NCBI GenBank assembly: GCA_964016885.1
Contig: OZ024743.1
Location: forward strand, 289,168,001 to 289,232,000
Direction of reading: 5' to 3'
Source: Eledone cirrhosa
Lineage: Eukaryota
Length of the DNA stretch: 64,000 nt
Shown here: piece after piece, positions 21,951-33,279 of the stretch
Layout: every line of letters begins with the position of its first letter
Position numbering within the stretch: the stretch's first letter is position 1
Made by a program: the position numbers and the translations under genes
Notes under the pieces: generated by a model
The model's database searches: none
What the model was told of the DNA's origin: nothing
What the model saw: only the letters and a program-made list of their open reading frames with translations

Positions 21951-24026
21951 TTACCGTACTTTTGGTAGAGGAGGGATGGTTTTTACATCCCTTTTCACTT
22001 GATCGTCTGGTGAAGGGACCGTTGAATCGTCCCTTCGGCTGGTCGTCGGCTCTTCTTAGAGAATGTGTGAGTATACTCTTCGATTGATGGTTCCTCCTAG
22101 GTCCCTGAAATCACCAACTGCGTTGGAGAATTTCGTTTTAATGTTTGTGTATTGTTTCTGTGCTATTTTTAGCAGTCTTATGTTAGTTGGCGTTTTGATT
22201 GGTGCAGGTATTATGTAGTCCTGTTGTGAAATGTCTGTGTGTTCAATTATGTAAGTCATTAGTTTCTTGTTGTGTGTATTTATTGCCGTGCATTTGTTTT
22301 TCTGGGGGTGGGGTGTGGTTCTGCTATTTTCTTGTCGTTGTTGCTGGGTGTGTGTGTTTTGTTGTTGTGTTTGCGATGTTGGTGCTTGTGGTGGTGGTGT
22401 TGAAGGTGTTGTTGGCGGTGGGGTTGTCGCCGGTGGTGATGGTGGTGATGGTGTTGGTGCTGCTGTGGGTCTCTTTGCAGTAGACTTTACCCTTTTCTCA
22501 TTTCTTTCCTCCCTTTTCAAAGGCGACGATGTGCTGCTTCTGCGTTTGTGCCTTCTTACGACCTTTTGCCATCCCTCTCCCACCTCACACTCCATGTCTG
22601 ATTCTGTGAGGTCGGGGAGGGGTACCAGCTCCACTCTTTCACTTGTTGTTGTTGGTGATGTTGCACTGGAGTCTCTGTTGCAGCTGCATTTGTTATTGCT
22701 GTTGTTGTTGTTAATATTTCCACTGCTGCTGCTGTTTTTGATTTCCGTGGAGTGGGTATGGGTGCCACGGGCCTATCGTTCCTGGTTGCCGCTTGTCCTG
22801 TTGCTGGTAGCCGTGGAGCCGGATTCGGAAGGAGGGGGGTTTTCTCCTTTCTCAGGGTCTTCTCGTTGCAGAAGGCCCTGAGGTGAGTCTTCGATCCACA
22901 GCGAAAGCATTTCGGGCGTTTGCCCTCAACACTTATGGGCAGTTGAGTGCCGTTATCGAAGTCTATCACATCCGGGATAGCTTCGATGCACTCCTGGTTG
23001 GTTTGGATTAGCATCTCAATGGAGGAGCCGACCCAATCTTCTCTTACTTTTTTCTGTACTTGCAGTACAGTTGTTTTGTCCTCGATTCCGACGAGGACAG
23101 ATGCGGCCAGCCAAGAAGGGGTCATTCCGGGGGGGACGTGGGTCAGTTTGACCCTCACAATTTTTTGCCCGCAGTAGGAGGGCACCAACACCATTTCCTC
23201 GCTCCTTAGGGTCACTACTGATTGGGCCTTTGCCTCCTGGGGTGTGGCAAAAAGTACGTCTACGGTGGCATATTTTTTTGCCTCGGGTGATGTGCGTTTT
23301 CCGCTGCCACACAGACCCCAAGGCTTTTTGTATTTGGGCCTCTGTGGCTCTTTCCACCCTACGGGATTTTGTACTTACTGTACGGTACGTGACCGTACAG
23401 TGCTCTTGGGCTTCGAAAAATTTTTCCGCTGCCTTGCAGATTGCTCGGTGTCCGTTCTTTGTCACCATCTTCTTCGCTTCCTCTAATTCCTCATTTGTTA
23501 TGAGGATTGTTTCCAAGTTTTTCGCAATACCTCCAAATGAGATTGGTTTTTCTCTGCTGTTGTTGTTGTCGTCAGAGCTGCTGGTACTTTTGTTGTTGCT
23601 GCAGGTACTACGACTACTGCCTCCGCCGCTGTTGCTGTGGTTGTTGTTGGTGTTGCTGCTGCTAATGCTGTTGTTGTTTATGCTGCTGGTGATGCTGTTG
23701 CGGCTGCTACTGTTGTTTTCATTGTCACTGTTGCTGTTGTTATTACGGCTGCTACTGCTATTATTCCTGACGTCAGACGAATGAACTGGGTTTTCGTATT
23801 TCCCGCACACCTGTTTCGTCGCTGTCGTCGTCGTCGTGGAGAAACCTTGCACGCTTTGCACGAGACTTTTCTTTTCTTTCGTCACTTGCGAAAGAGAAGG
23901 GAGGGAGAGAGACACATTTAAAGAAGGGAGGGAGAGAGACAATCTTCTCTCTGCTGTAGTGATGATTGAGGAAGAAGAAGACGGAATGAGTGGGAGTGAC
24001 ATATGAAATTTCTTTTTCGTAGCCAT
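21951..24026 (-). pseudogene. ORF1 of Tx1-like copy B, frameshifted
   Basis: Fragments in 23016-24062, 22556-23215 and 22056-22634; CTVTYRTVSTKSRRVERATEAQIQKALG and LVPSYCGQ are homologous to copy A; knuckle CFRCGSKTHLRAFC; Ser/Asn-rich N-terminus; probable ATG at 24026. Confidence 0.8.
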
Positions 24027-24242
24027 GTTGTTTTTTTGTTTAAAATGAAATTTTGGGTACAAAACCCCAATAAGTGGTTATTTAACCCCGAAGGGCCAAA
24101 TAACGGACAGAAAGACCCCTCTCACGAGGAGGAGGGTGTCTTTATCAACAATTTGGTTCAAGTTTTAAACAATTTACAATTGTTTTAACGGTTAAAAATT
24201 ACTATACCTTACAGAGCCGAGCCTCCGTCAACCATGGCATTC

Positions 24243-24271
24243 AATAATAATAATAATAATAATAATAATAA
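24243..24271. repeat. (AAT)9+ tract at the 5' junction of Tx1-like copy B
   Basis: Directly visible. Confidence 0.95.
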
Positions 24272-27200
24272 GCACAGCAACAACAGCAAAAAACGAGAAA
24301 AAGAAACAGAGAAAAACAAAAAAAAAACAAAAAAAAAACGTAAAGAAAATAAGAATGAAGAGAGAAACAAGCGGACGGACAGAGAAGAGGGGGGAAAAAC
24401 TAAGTCAGACATTCGAACACTACATTACAATGAAACTTATGCTTATTCATTTTTGGGGTCTTTTCTGCCTGTGTGTTTGTTTGTTTATTTGTGTTCGTCT
24501 ACAGCGTGGTGATAATGCCACACAAGTGCCAAGTGGAGCGGCGCAAACACCGGCGACGGTGAATCCACAGATGGCTATGTAACCATACATTCGCCAATCC
24601 TCGATAAGAGTGTTTAAATATCGAACCTAAACAGTTCGAATAACGGTGAAATGGAGACTAGAACGTCATGTGACAGACTCTCACCCAACAGGTGCTCCCT
24701 GGCTCAGCAGCAGGAACCTGACTGTCAACCAAATACTGCTGATGTTGGAGGAAGAAGAAGAAGGAAAGGGGCCAGAACCAACTGGACGAAAGAATTGAAT
24801 AGAACTGTTATGCAATGTTACCTGAAAAGTAACCCCAAGGAGAGGGGCTATACAAACGGATGCATAACATCTGGAACGAGATTGGTTTATTTAAATTAGA
24901 TGAACAAAAATTGGCCGGGCAGGCTCGGGTAATAAGAACTAATGGGTGGATAAGCGAGCTGGAGCTGGAGGAACTGAGCAGAGAGAATAGCTTGGAGATG
25001 GAGGGTGTAGTATGCCAGACAAACGAGCCAGTGGGAAATGAAGGTGAAGAGGTCGAGAGAACGGAGGAACCACCCGAAGCAGACAATGATCTGAATACTG
25101 AGATAAATAATACCTGGAACAGAGATACGGCCACTGAGGAGATGAATGCTGACGGGCTAGGACAAGATTCGGTTGACATCCTAAATTTAGTGGTAGATGA
25201 ATTGAACAATGATAGTGGGAGACCTATGAACCTAAGATTTGTAGACAGGAAAAAGTTAAAAGAAACAACAGCTAAGGTAAACAAAGTTATCCCATACCTT
25301 GAGGCGAGGAGCCATCACCAGTGCAACAATATCCTCAAAGCAACAGCAAATACGGTGAGGAAACTACTTGGTATAAAAGCGAGAGGAAACAACAGACAAG
25401 AAAGAGCAGAGCCTTGGTGGAAGAAACGACTGAGTGGTCAAATCAAGGAGATGAGAAATGACATAGGAAAGCTTGAGTCACTACTGAATGGGACACTAAA
25501 AAACATAGGCACTAAAAATAGACTGGAAATAAAGTACAAAACTAGGAGGAAAAAGCTAAATATTATCATAGAGGAACTGAAGCAACGCATTGTAGCAAAG
25601 AGTGCAAAAATCAGGCGATACGAGAACAGAGTCAGTCAGTATAAACAGAACCGCATGTTCGACAACAACCAGAAGATACTGTTTGGACAGCTTGAGGGGA
25701 AAGAAAGAGGCAACGACTTGATCCCTGGGGCGGAACAAACCAAAAACATTCTGGAGAGGAATATGGGACCAGGATGTTAGACATAATGACCAGGCAGGGT
25801 GGATTGAGACAGTACAGAGGGAGATCGGTGAGCAGGCACACCAACAAACTGATTTGAGTATCACAGTTGAAACTCTTAAGGGGCAGGCCAAAAAACTAAC
25901 CAACTGGAAATCACCAGGCCCAGATGGTGTGCAGGGGTATTGGATTAAAAATTTAACATCCCTCCACACGAAGCTGACGGCCATGTTCAATGACTGCTTG
26001 GTGTCGGGTGAGGTGCCAGAGTGGTTGACAAAAGGTACCACAGTTCTGATAATGAAAGACCGAATCAAGGGTAATGATGTTACCAACTATAGACTTATCA
26101 CATGTCTGTCCGTAATGTGGAAACTGTTGACGAGCATTGTGTCTGAGGAAATCTACCATCACCTCCACACAAACAACTTGTTACCGGACGAACAGAAAGG
26201 ATGCCGAAAGAAGTCACGTGGTACAAAGGACCAGTTACTTATTGATAAGATGGTAATGGGGAATTGCAGGAGGAGACACACTGATCTTGCCATGGGATGG
26301 ATAGACTACAGAAAGGCATTTGACATGGTGCCTCATTCTTGGATCACCAAAAGCCTGGAGATCTTCAAGGTGGCAGATAACATCAGACAGTTGCTGGGCA
26401 GGAGTATGGGGTCCTGGGAGACAGAGTTGACATCAACTGGAGAATCCTTGGGAAGCGTGAAGATCAAGAGAGGTATCTTCCAGGGAGATAGCCTGTCCCC
26501 TCTGTTGTTTGTCCTTGCCCTGATGCCCTTGACCATTATGCTGCGATAAGTGAGAGCAGGATACAAGTTGGGAAAGTGAGAGCTTACCATCAATCACCTC
26601 CTCTTCATGGACGATCTTAAGCTCTTCGGGAAGAGTGAGAAGGAGTTGGATGTGCTTGTTGACACTGTCCGTATTTTCAGCAGTGATATATGTATGAAGT
26701 TTGGTATTAGTAAATGTGGAGTCATTGTGATGAGGAGGGGTAGGTTGAGCAGAAGTAACGGAATCCAGATACTAACAGGTGAGATGATAAAGGAAATTGA
26801 CTTTGAGGGAGGATACAAGTATTTGGGCGTTCTGGAGGCTGATGGCATAAAGAACAAAAAAATGAAGGAATTGTTAAGAACTGAATACATTCGGAGAGTA
26901 AGGAGCGTATTGAAGTCACATCTGAACAGCAGAAATGCCATAAGCGCAGTAAATTCCCGAGCTGTGTCTATTATTAGGTACAGTGCGGGAATTCTGAGGT
27001 GGAATGTTGCTGAACAAAAAGAAATGGATAGGAAGACTAGGAAGCTATTGACTATCTACAACATGTTCCACAAGAGGAGTGATGTCGATAGACTCTACCT
27101 AAGGAGATCTGAGGGTGGAAGAGGTCTTATCAGCATAGAGGACTGTGTTCAGATGGAGAAAAACAACCTATACAAATACGTGACTGATAGTAAGGAGCCA

Positions 27201-28117
27201 ATGCTCAGAACTGTACTGAAGGAGGGGACAGTAGGCCAGGGGATGTCCAAGGAGGAAATAACATCAAGGAGAAAGAGCAGCCTTCAGGGAAAGTCCCTTC
27301 ATAGTACCTTCTTTGAGAAAACTGAATTTAGAGATCCACAGACATGGAACTGGTTGAGAAGAGGAGACCTCAAAAAGGCTACAGAAGGAATGCTAATGGC
27401 TGCGCAGGAGCAGGCCCTCAAAACGAAGTGGTTGAAGCACCATATTTACAAGGAGGAGGCTAGCCCACTGTGCAGGATCTGTGGAGAGAGAGAGGAGACT
27501 GTGGCTCACATTGTATCCGAGTGTAAACACCTAGCCCAGGCCCACTATAAGGGCTGGAGACATGATGTGATGGGCAGGGTGATCCACTGGCACCTGTGCA
27601 AAGTAAACAATTTACCACATTCTGAGAAATGGTATGAGCATAGGCCAGAGGCGGTGATGGAGAACGATCAGGTGAAGGTGCTGTGGGATTTTAGGATACA
27701 GACGGACAAGAAACTGGAACACAATAGACATGACCTGGTGGTTGTGGACAAAGAAAAAAAATCGTGTCTGATTGTGGATGTGGCCTGCCCATTCGACACG
27801 AGAGTGCAAGAGAAGGAGAGGGAGAAAATTAACCGATACCAGGACCTAAAGTGGGAGGTGAAAAGGATGTGGAACTGCCATGAAGTCAAAGTGATCCCGA
27901 TTGTCATAGGCGCACTGGGGACTATCTCCAAAAGTTTCCAGGGATGGTTAAAGAAAATCGGCCCCTTCACGCTTTTTGGAACGCTTCAAAAGGCATGCTT
28001 GCTGGGAACAGCAAGAACCCTCCGATACGTCCTGAATATCTGAGGCTGCAGGTAGTGGCTTGATATTCATTCCAACGGACTTTCCAATTAACCAACATCA
28101 ATGACTGAGATTCAAGG
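24272..28117 (+). mobile_element. R4/Dong-like retrotransposon, long copy 2 (5' boundary uncertain between 24272 and ~24475)
   Basis: Near-identical to 14569-18189 from ~24475 onward; ends TTCAAGG followed by (AAG)n. Confidence 0.9.
24651..28043 (+). pseudogene. R4/Dong ORF, disrupted
   Basis: Same motifs as copy 1; -1 indel near 24852, +1 indel near 25745, TAA 26547-26549, TGA 26577-26579. Confidence 0.9.
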
Positions 28118-28240
28118 AAGAAGAAGAAGAAGAAGAAGAAGAAGAAGAAGAAGAAGAAGAAGAAGAAGAAGAAGAAGAAGAAGAAGAAGAAGAAGAAGAA
28201 GAAGAAGAAGAAGAAGAAGAAGAAGAAGAAGAAGAAGAAG
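28118..28240. repeat. Pure (AAG)41
   Basis: Directly visible. Confidence 0.97.
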
Positions 28241-28289
28241 AATCTCTTTACAAGGAAAAAATGAAATACAAACTGAATGCTAACTTCAC

Positions 28290-28479
28290 AGAAACAACTA
28301 AATGGGTTAAAGACACCAAAAACAATATGGAAATATTATTACGAAATATACTAAAGATAAAATGGAAAGGAAAGCCACTACACTAACTTGTCAGATATAA
28401 AGAAAGCCATTCTGAAAATTAGCAATATTTCACAAACTTCGAGTTAAAAACAGAAATAGAAGGCAACATTGTAGCCATT
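28290..28479 (+). pseudogene. Old AT-rich relic of a different R4/Dong-like RT
   Basis: 28360-28479 translates KWKGKPLH*LVRYKESHSEN*QYFTNFELKTEIEGNIVAI, aligning with LQGKSLH...TWNWLRRGDLKKATEGMLMAA of the adjacent young copies. Confidence 0.6.
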
Positions 28480-31315
28480 TACGTGTGGCTTTGTGTGTGG
28501 TGGGAGTCCGTCAGTTGCTCCCAAATGATACTAAATTTTATCTGACTTATTTTACCTTTTATTTACTTTGGATCACCAGCGGTGTCTTGGATCTGTGTGC
28601 TGTTATACCTTGCTAGATCACTATCATTTGAACCCACTTTCTTTTTAGTTGATTGGCTAACGATACTAAGAAAAGTCCATGTTTCCATAGAAAGAAAGCA
28701 ACGGAAAGGTAAGGAAATAGCTGACATCACCACCACGACCATGTTCATGAAGCTTATCATCACATAAATAACTCTCTATGTAAACTATTAGATAGAGACG
28801 GCGGTAGTGCTGACAAGACAGAGACATTATATGACATTGTAACTTAAGGAAACATTTTTATAATTGTTTAAATTCGAGTAAAAGACTTATTTGATGAGAG
28901 TAGAGAAAAAAGTTCATTCTCAAATTGAAGTTATGAAATTATGTGAAAGCAGTGTTGATATATTTCTGAAAAACATACTAACAATGTTCGTAAATATTTT
29001 ATATAACAACGAAAATATATCGAAACTATACCTACAATGAGCTTATTCATGAATCTGTCTAGACGTAAACGAGGGAATCAATAGTCTGCAATGTAGAATC
29101 AACCTGTTATCTGTACAACAACTACATCATTTGAAGAAACAATGTGTCGAAAATGTCACAATGTTTCCATGAATCTTTATATTATTGAGACTATCTGGCG
29201 CTTGCAACTCATAGCAGAATGAGGCGGAATGTAAACTCAGATTGCACAGTGCCAGATCAGATACTGCAAAGCATGTCGTCTGAGTCTTTAACAATTTCTT
29301 TAATCTACACTAATGGAGAGGTACTTTGTTTGTCGACGCTGAAAGAACGTAAGTTAACCTCATCGGGACTTAAACTTAGAACGCAGATCCAAAGGCATTT
29401 CAGGCAATGCTTTAATAACTCTCAATTCTCTTCCTAAGCTGATTGTCTGGGCGAATCAAGTAAACTATCAAATAGCATAATGATTGGAGTTGATCAACAA
29501 TAATTCCCCAAAACCGGAATTGTAAAACATCTCATTAAATCGATAGCTTTCACTTAAATTGTTGGATGTTAGAAATAATAAAAAGGAAGTAGAATTGTTG
29601 GATATTAGAAATAATAGAAATAATAGTAGGGTACTTAGCAATTAGATATAAATAGATGATGTTCTACAAGAACATATATGGTGAAATTGGTAGACACTTG
29701 TTTGTCGTAGCTCAAGAATGTCTTGTATTTTCCGAATTCAATATTTAATAAGTAGCTAGAATAGTGAATGTATGCAGACCTTTTGTGATTATAATATTGA
29801 TGTGTAAATTGAAACATTTTACATGAATGAATCAAGGTAGGATGAGTAGGGGTCTCTAAAATAAAGGAAGTAATAGAAAAAGTTGTTTTTTGACGGTGGC
29901 TATGGCTCGAATGTATGCAATAAGATCTGCGGATCATGTTTAACACACAAAATCTAGAATCTTGCAAGTATCTGGCTTACAATAATTTTTACTCAGTAAA
30001 TATTGGTATTCATAAAGCTCTGGCATTTGGTACTTATCGATGGTGCTGTGCTGTGGAATTGAACAAGAAATCACTTAGTAGTGAGGCAAACCATATAGTT
30101 GTATCTAATTATCCACGCCATTCACCTTATTTCTTCAATTTTATTTTTACTTATTTTCTTTTCCTTCGTTCTTTTATTATTTAATTTGCCTTCAGTCGTG
30201 CATTCTTAACATTTAAATCATTATTTTATTGCTTTACATTTCGTATGCCATCATTCTTCTTATATTTTCATTCAATCCTTCATTATTCCTTTTCTATTCA
30301 TTAATTAATTTTTTTTCACTTACATACATTCTTTCATTCAGTAATCATTTATTCATTTTCTTCTTATCTTTCTTTCATTCTATCTTTAAACCGAAACCAC
30401 AAATGACACATCCACCATTTTGATTGATATATTTTACATATACGAGAGCTACATAAATGAAATCTAATAAGGATAAGCAGATATTTTGATGAGAAAAAAT
30501 CTGCCCCATATTCTCAATTACCCGTTTTTACCCCCAACTCAATACCCCACCCTTTAGCACAGTGTCAAGAATAAGAAAAATGATCTTGTAAATTTACTCA
30601 CATTCAACACACCCCACACGTACACCTCAAGTATGCAAAAGTCCTTCTTTATTTAATAGTCAGGACATTGAAAGCGGATTTATCATTAATGACACTCAGT
30701 GAAAATTCAGTAAATATTCATTCCCGCAGAATCTGTTGGAATGAAAGTCCGGAAACATAACTTATGTTTAATGTGACGTGATTTCTCATAACTCAGCAAA
30801 CATTGCATTGTCTAAGAAATCAAATTGCTTTAATGTTCCATCTCAAGCTTAGGAATCATCTGTTTCTCACGATGTTCACTTGTCTCATCAACCTCTGATA
30901 ATGTAATTTAGGAGGCATGATATAAATTTAATTCAATGAACTCTGAATATGTCATACTGAAGAAGCTAAAGTGAGTGGACACAATAGGTTGTATATGAAA
31001 ATTAGAACATTAAAATCAAAATGGAACAGAATTTGAATTTGAATACACTTTTAATAAAAAAATTTATAAAATGGTTTTTATTATTTAAGTAATTAAGTCT
31101 GTTTAGATTTCTAGCAAGTGACTTCTCTTGCGTAAACAGTGAAATCAGCAAATGGAAAAGATGTTTGTCTTCAAAGTGTTATTTGTATTTCGTAATTCTA
31201 ATATTTTCCTCTGAATTGAAGGCGTCTGAATAGCAGAATTCGTAAAGCTTTCGATAATTTGCCATTGTGTTATTTGTTCTGGGTCTTTACACAGTGACTT
31301 TAAATCCCACCAAGG

Positions 31316-31433
31316 TAAACTTTGCCGATTACCATTAAACGGTCCAAAAAATAAAATATCAGTCAAGTACAGGGGTTGTTTTAATCAACTTTGCCTGTCC
31401 CACAAATTTGCTGGCCCTGTACCTAAATTAGAA
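31316..31433 (+). mobile_element. Diverged SINE family A 3' half
   Basis: AACTTTGCC...AAATAAAATATCAGTCAAGTACAGGGGT..AATTTGCTGGCCCTGTACCTAAATTAGAA. Confidence 0.6.
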
Positions 31434-32935
31434 GGTCATATGTTCTTGTGAGCTTTTGCAGTAATAACATAGACCTTTAGTGCTTTAGCTGCTGGTCATA
31501 TTAATGCTAGTCCTATATATTACAGGGCATTTATTTTTTTTTTTTGCTGTTGATATAGGGCTATTTCTGTAGATCCCGCACTGTGTGTCATTTTAATATA
31601 GTGTACCACTGATAATGTCTAGTTGTGCCGGGACAAATCAACGTTTACAAATATTCAACTTTAAATAATATTTTTGAGATCTCAACACAATACCCACATA
31701 TATACACATGACTGGTGACACGGGATATATTTAATTGATTATTTATTAATTGCGTTACTTTCGTGTCGTCAACAAAATTTAATTAATGTGATAGTCACAA
31801 ACAATTTATTCAAAAGTGTGTCACCAGTGTGAAAAAATTTGAAAGCTTTGGGCTAGTTGTAGTGCTTTTTTCTTTGTTTGTGTGTAAATTGCCCTATAGT
31901 TTTAAAAAACCTCCAATGAAAACGATGTTTGTCGGTTTTAATTGGAAGGATCGATTGTTTTTAGACTACGCTCTGTAGAATGTTTAATGCATGACAAATC
32001 GCTCAAGGATTTGTTCAGTACTGTCTTCTTTCATACAATGAATACATATATTTTTTGTCGTTCAAATTCTTATTTAAATCATCTACTGTAGTGTCAAGTG
32101 TCTTTGAATTTAAGAATACTTCTAAATAAATGACAATGTTGACTCTGGTAATATCTAAAATTAAAAAGTGTAAGAAACGAAAATATTTCTTTCATATTTG
32201 CTGCTGGAGGTTGAAAAGCAATACCAACCTCGGTACGGTTTTAACTAAAATGTGAATATGCAATTCTAGATATTTTTAATCCCCCTATCTAACCTTTTTG
32301 ACAACTTATTGACGTTAAAGTCAATGAGTGTGCGCCTACATAGGTATTTGGTCTTTGCCAATAACTTTGGTAGAAATAGCAATGAAATGGCATTCATATC
32401 AAACCCTACAATTTTGATAAAACGAAAGACATTGGAAAAACATGTATTTCTAGATATACTAAATCCGTAAAAAAAACGAAGCGGTGATTATGGATGAAAC
32501 ATCTTTCGTTTATAGGTTTACGCGGATACAGATGTCCAATTGTTCATCAACAAGAACGACAGCAGCAACAACAACAGCAGTAATATAAAGCGTTTCTATT
32601 ATTTTAATGTTTCTAACATTGGTACCTTAGTTCTGTAACTCAACATTTTACCTTGGTAAAGTGTCATATCTTAAACCTCGTAAATGAAATTGGTGAGACG
32701 GAAATTATTTGGGGGCGATTCTATTAGTAAATTCAAAGGGCCAATCTTGTTTCTCACAATGTAATGTTGAATCTCAGTGACACACACGTTAATTTCACGA
32801 GCAGGAGGACCCTTTGAGCGAATAACAGGATCATTCACCATCAAAACCGATAGAGATCCATTCAATTCCACAATTGTCACAAACACAAACCCAGACATTT
32901 TCTCTAAAATCGGTGGGTTCTATTATTAATAAATT

Positions 32936-33045
32936 CTCGATCCCGTCGAGGTTAAATTTGCCTTTCATCCTTACGGGGTCGATAAAATAAAGTACCATTA
33001 ATGTACTGGGTATTTTCTGGCCTTGTGCCAAAAGTAGAAACAATT
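32936..33045 (+). mobile_element. SINE family A 3' half
   Basis: ATCCCGTCGAGGTTAAATTTGCCTTTCATCCTTACGGGGTCGATAAAATAAAGTACC...CCTTGTGCCAAAAGTAGAAACAATT. Confidence 0.85.
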
Positions 33046-33279
33046 TAAAATGAATTACAATTTTAGCTGTAATGGGAATTGAATACAGAACTTATAGATA
33101 AGGATATGATATATAGTCAAATAATTAATACAATATCAAATGAAATGAAATACAAACATTAAAACTTAATATATATTGTGGTGAAAGTAAGAGGACGAGA
33201 ATTATATAACAATAGTTTACAAAGAGCAGGGGAATGGGAATTTACATATAGTTAATAAAAACATGTTAAATAGGTAGCA

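Larger units (their letters stand above)
18235..24242 (-). mobile_element. Apparently full-length Tx1/L1-clade non-LTR retrotransposon, copy B, flanked by (ATT)n
   Basis: 3' end AATAAAGAAATC(ATT)n; 5' end GAATGCC preceded by (ATT)n; ORF1 plus intact ORF2. Confidence 0.93.

Noticed and set aside
7858-27970. Short antisense or alternate-frame ORFs repeated between element copies
   Set aside because: They recur only because the copies are nearly identical; no independent motifs.
7613-28240. Telomeric retrotransposon array
   Set aside because: No TTAGGG/TTAGG tracts seen and ordinary DNA lies on both sides; the SART/TRAS comparison is only an analogy.
13566-28240. Whole array as a simple tandem segmental duplication of a Tx1+R4 unit
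   Set aside because: The two Tx1-like copies have different ORF1/5'UTRs and the R4 copies have different junctions; partial conversion remains possible.
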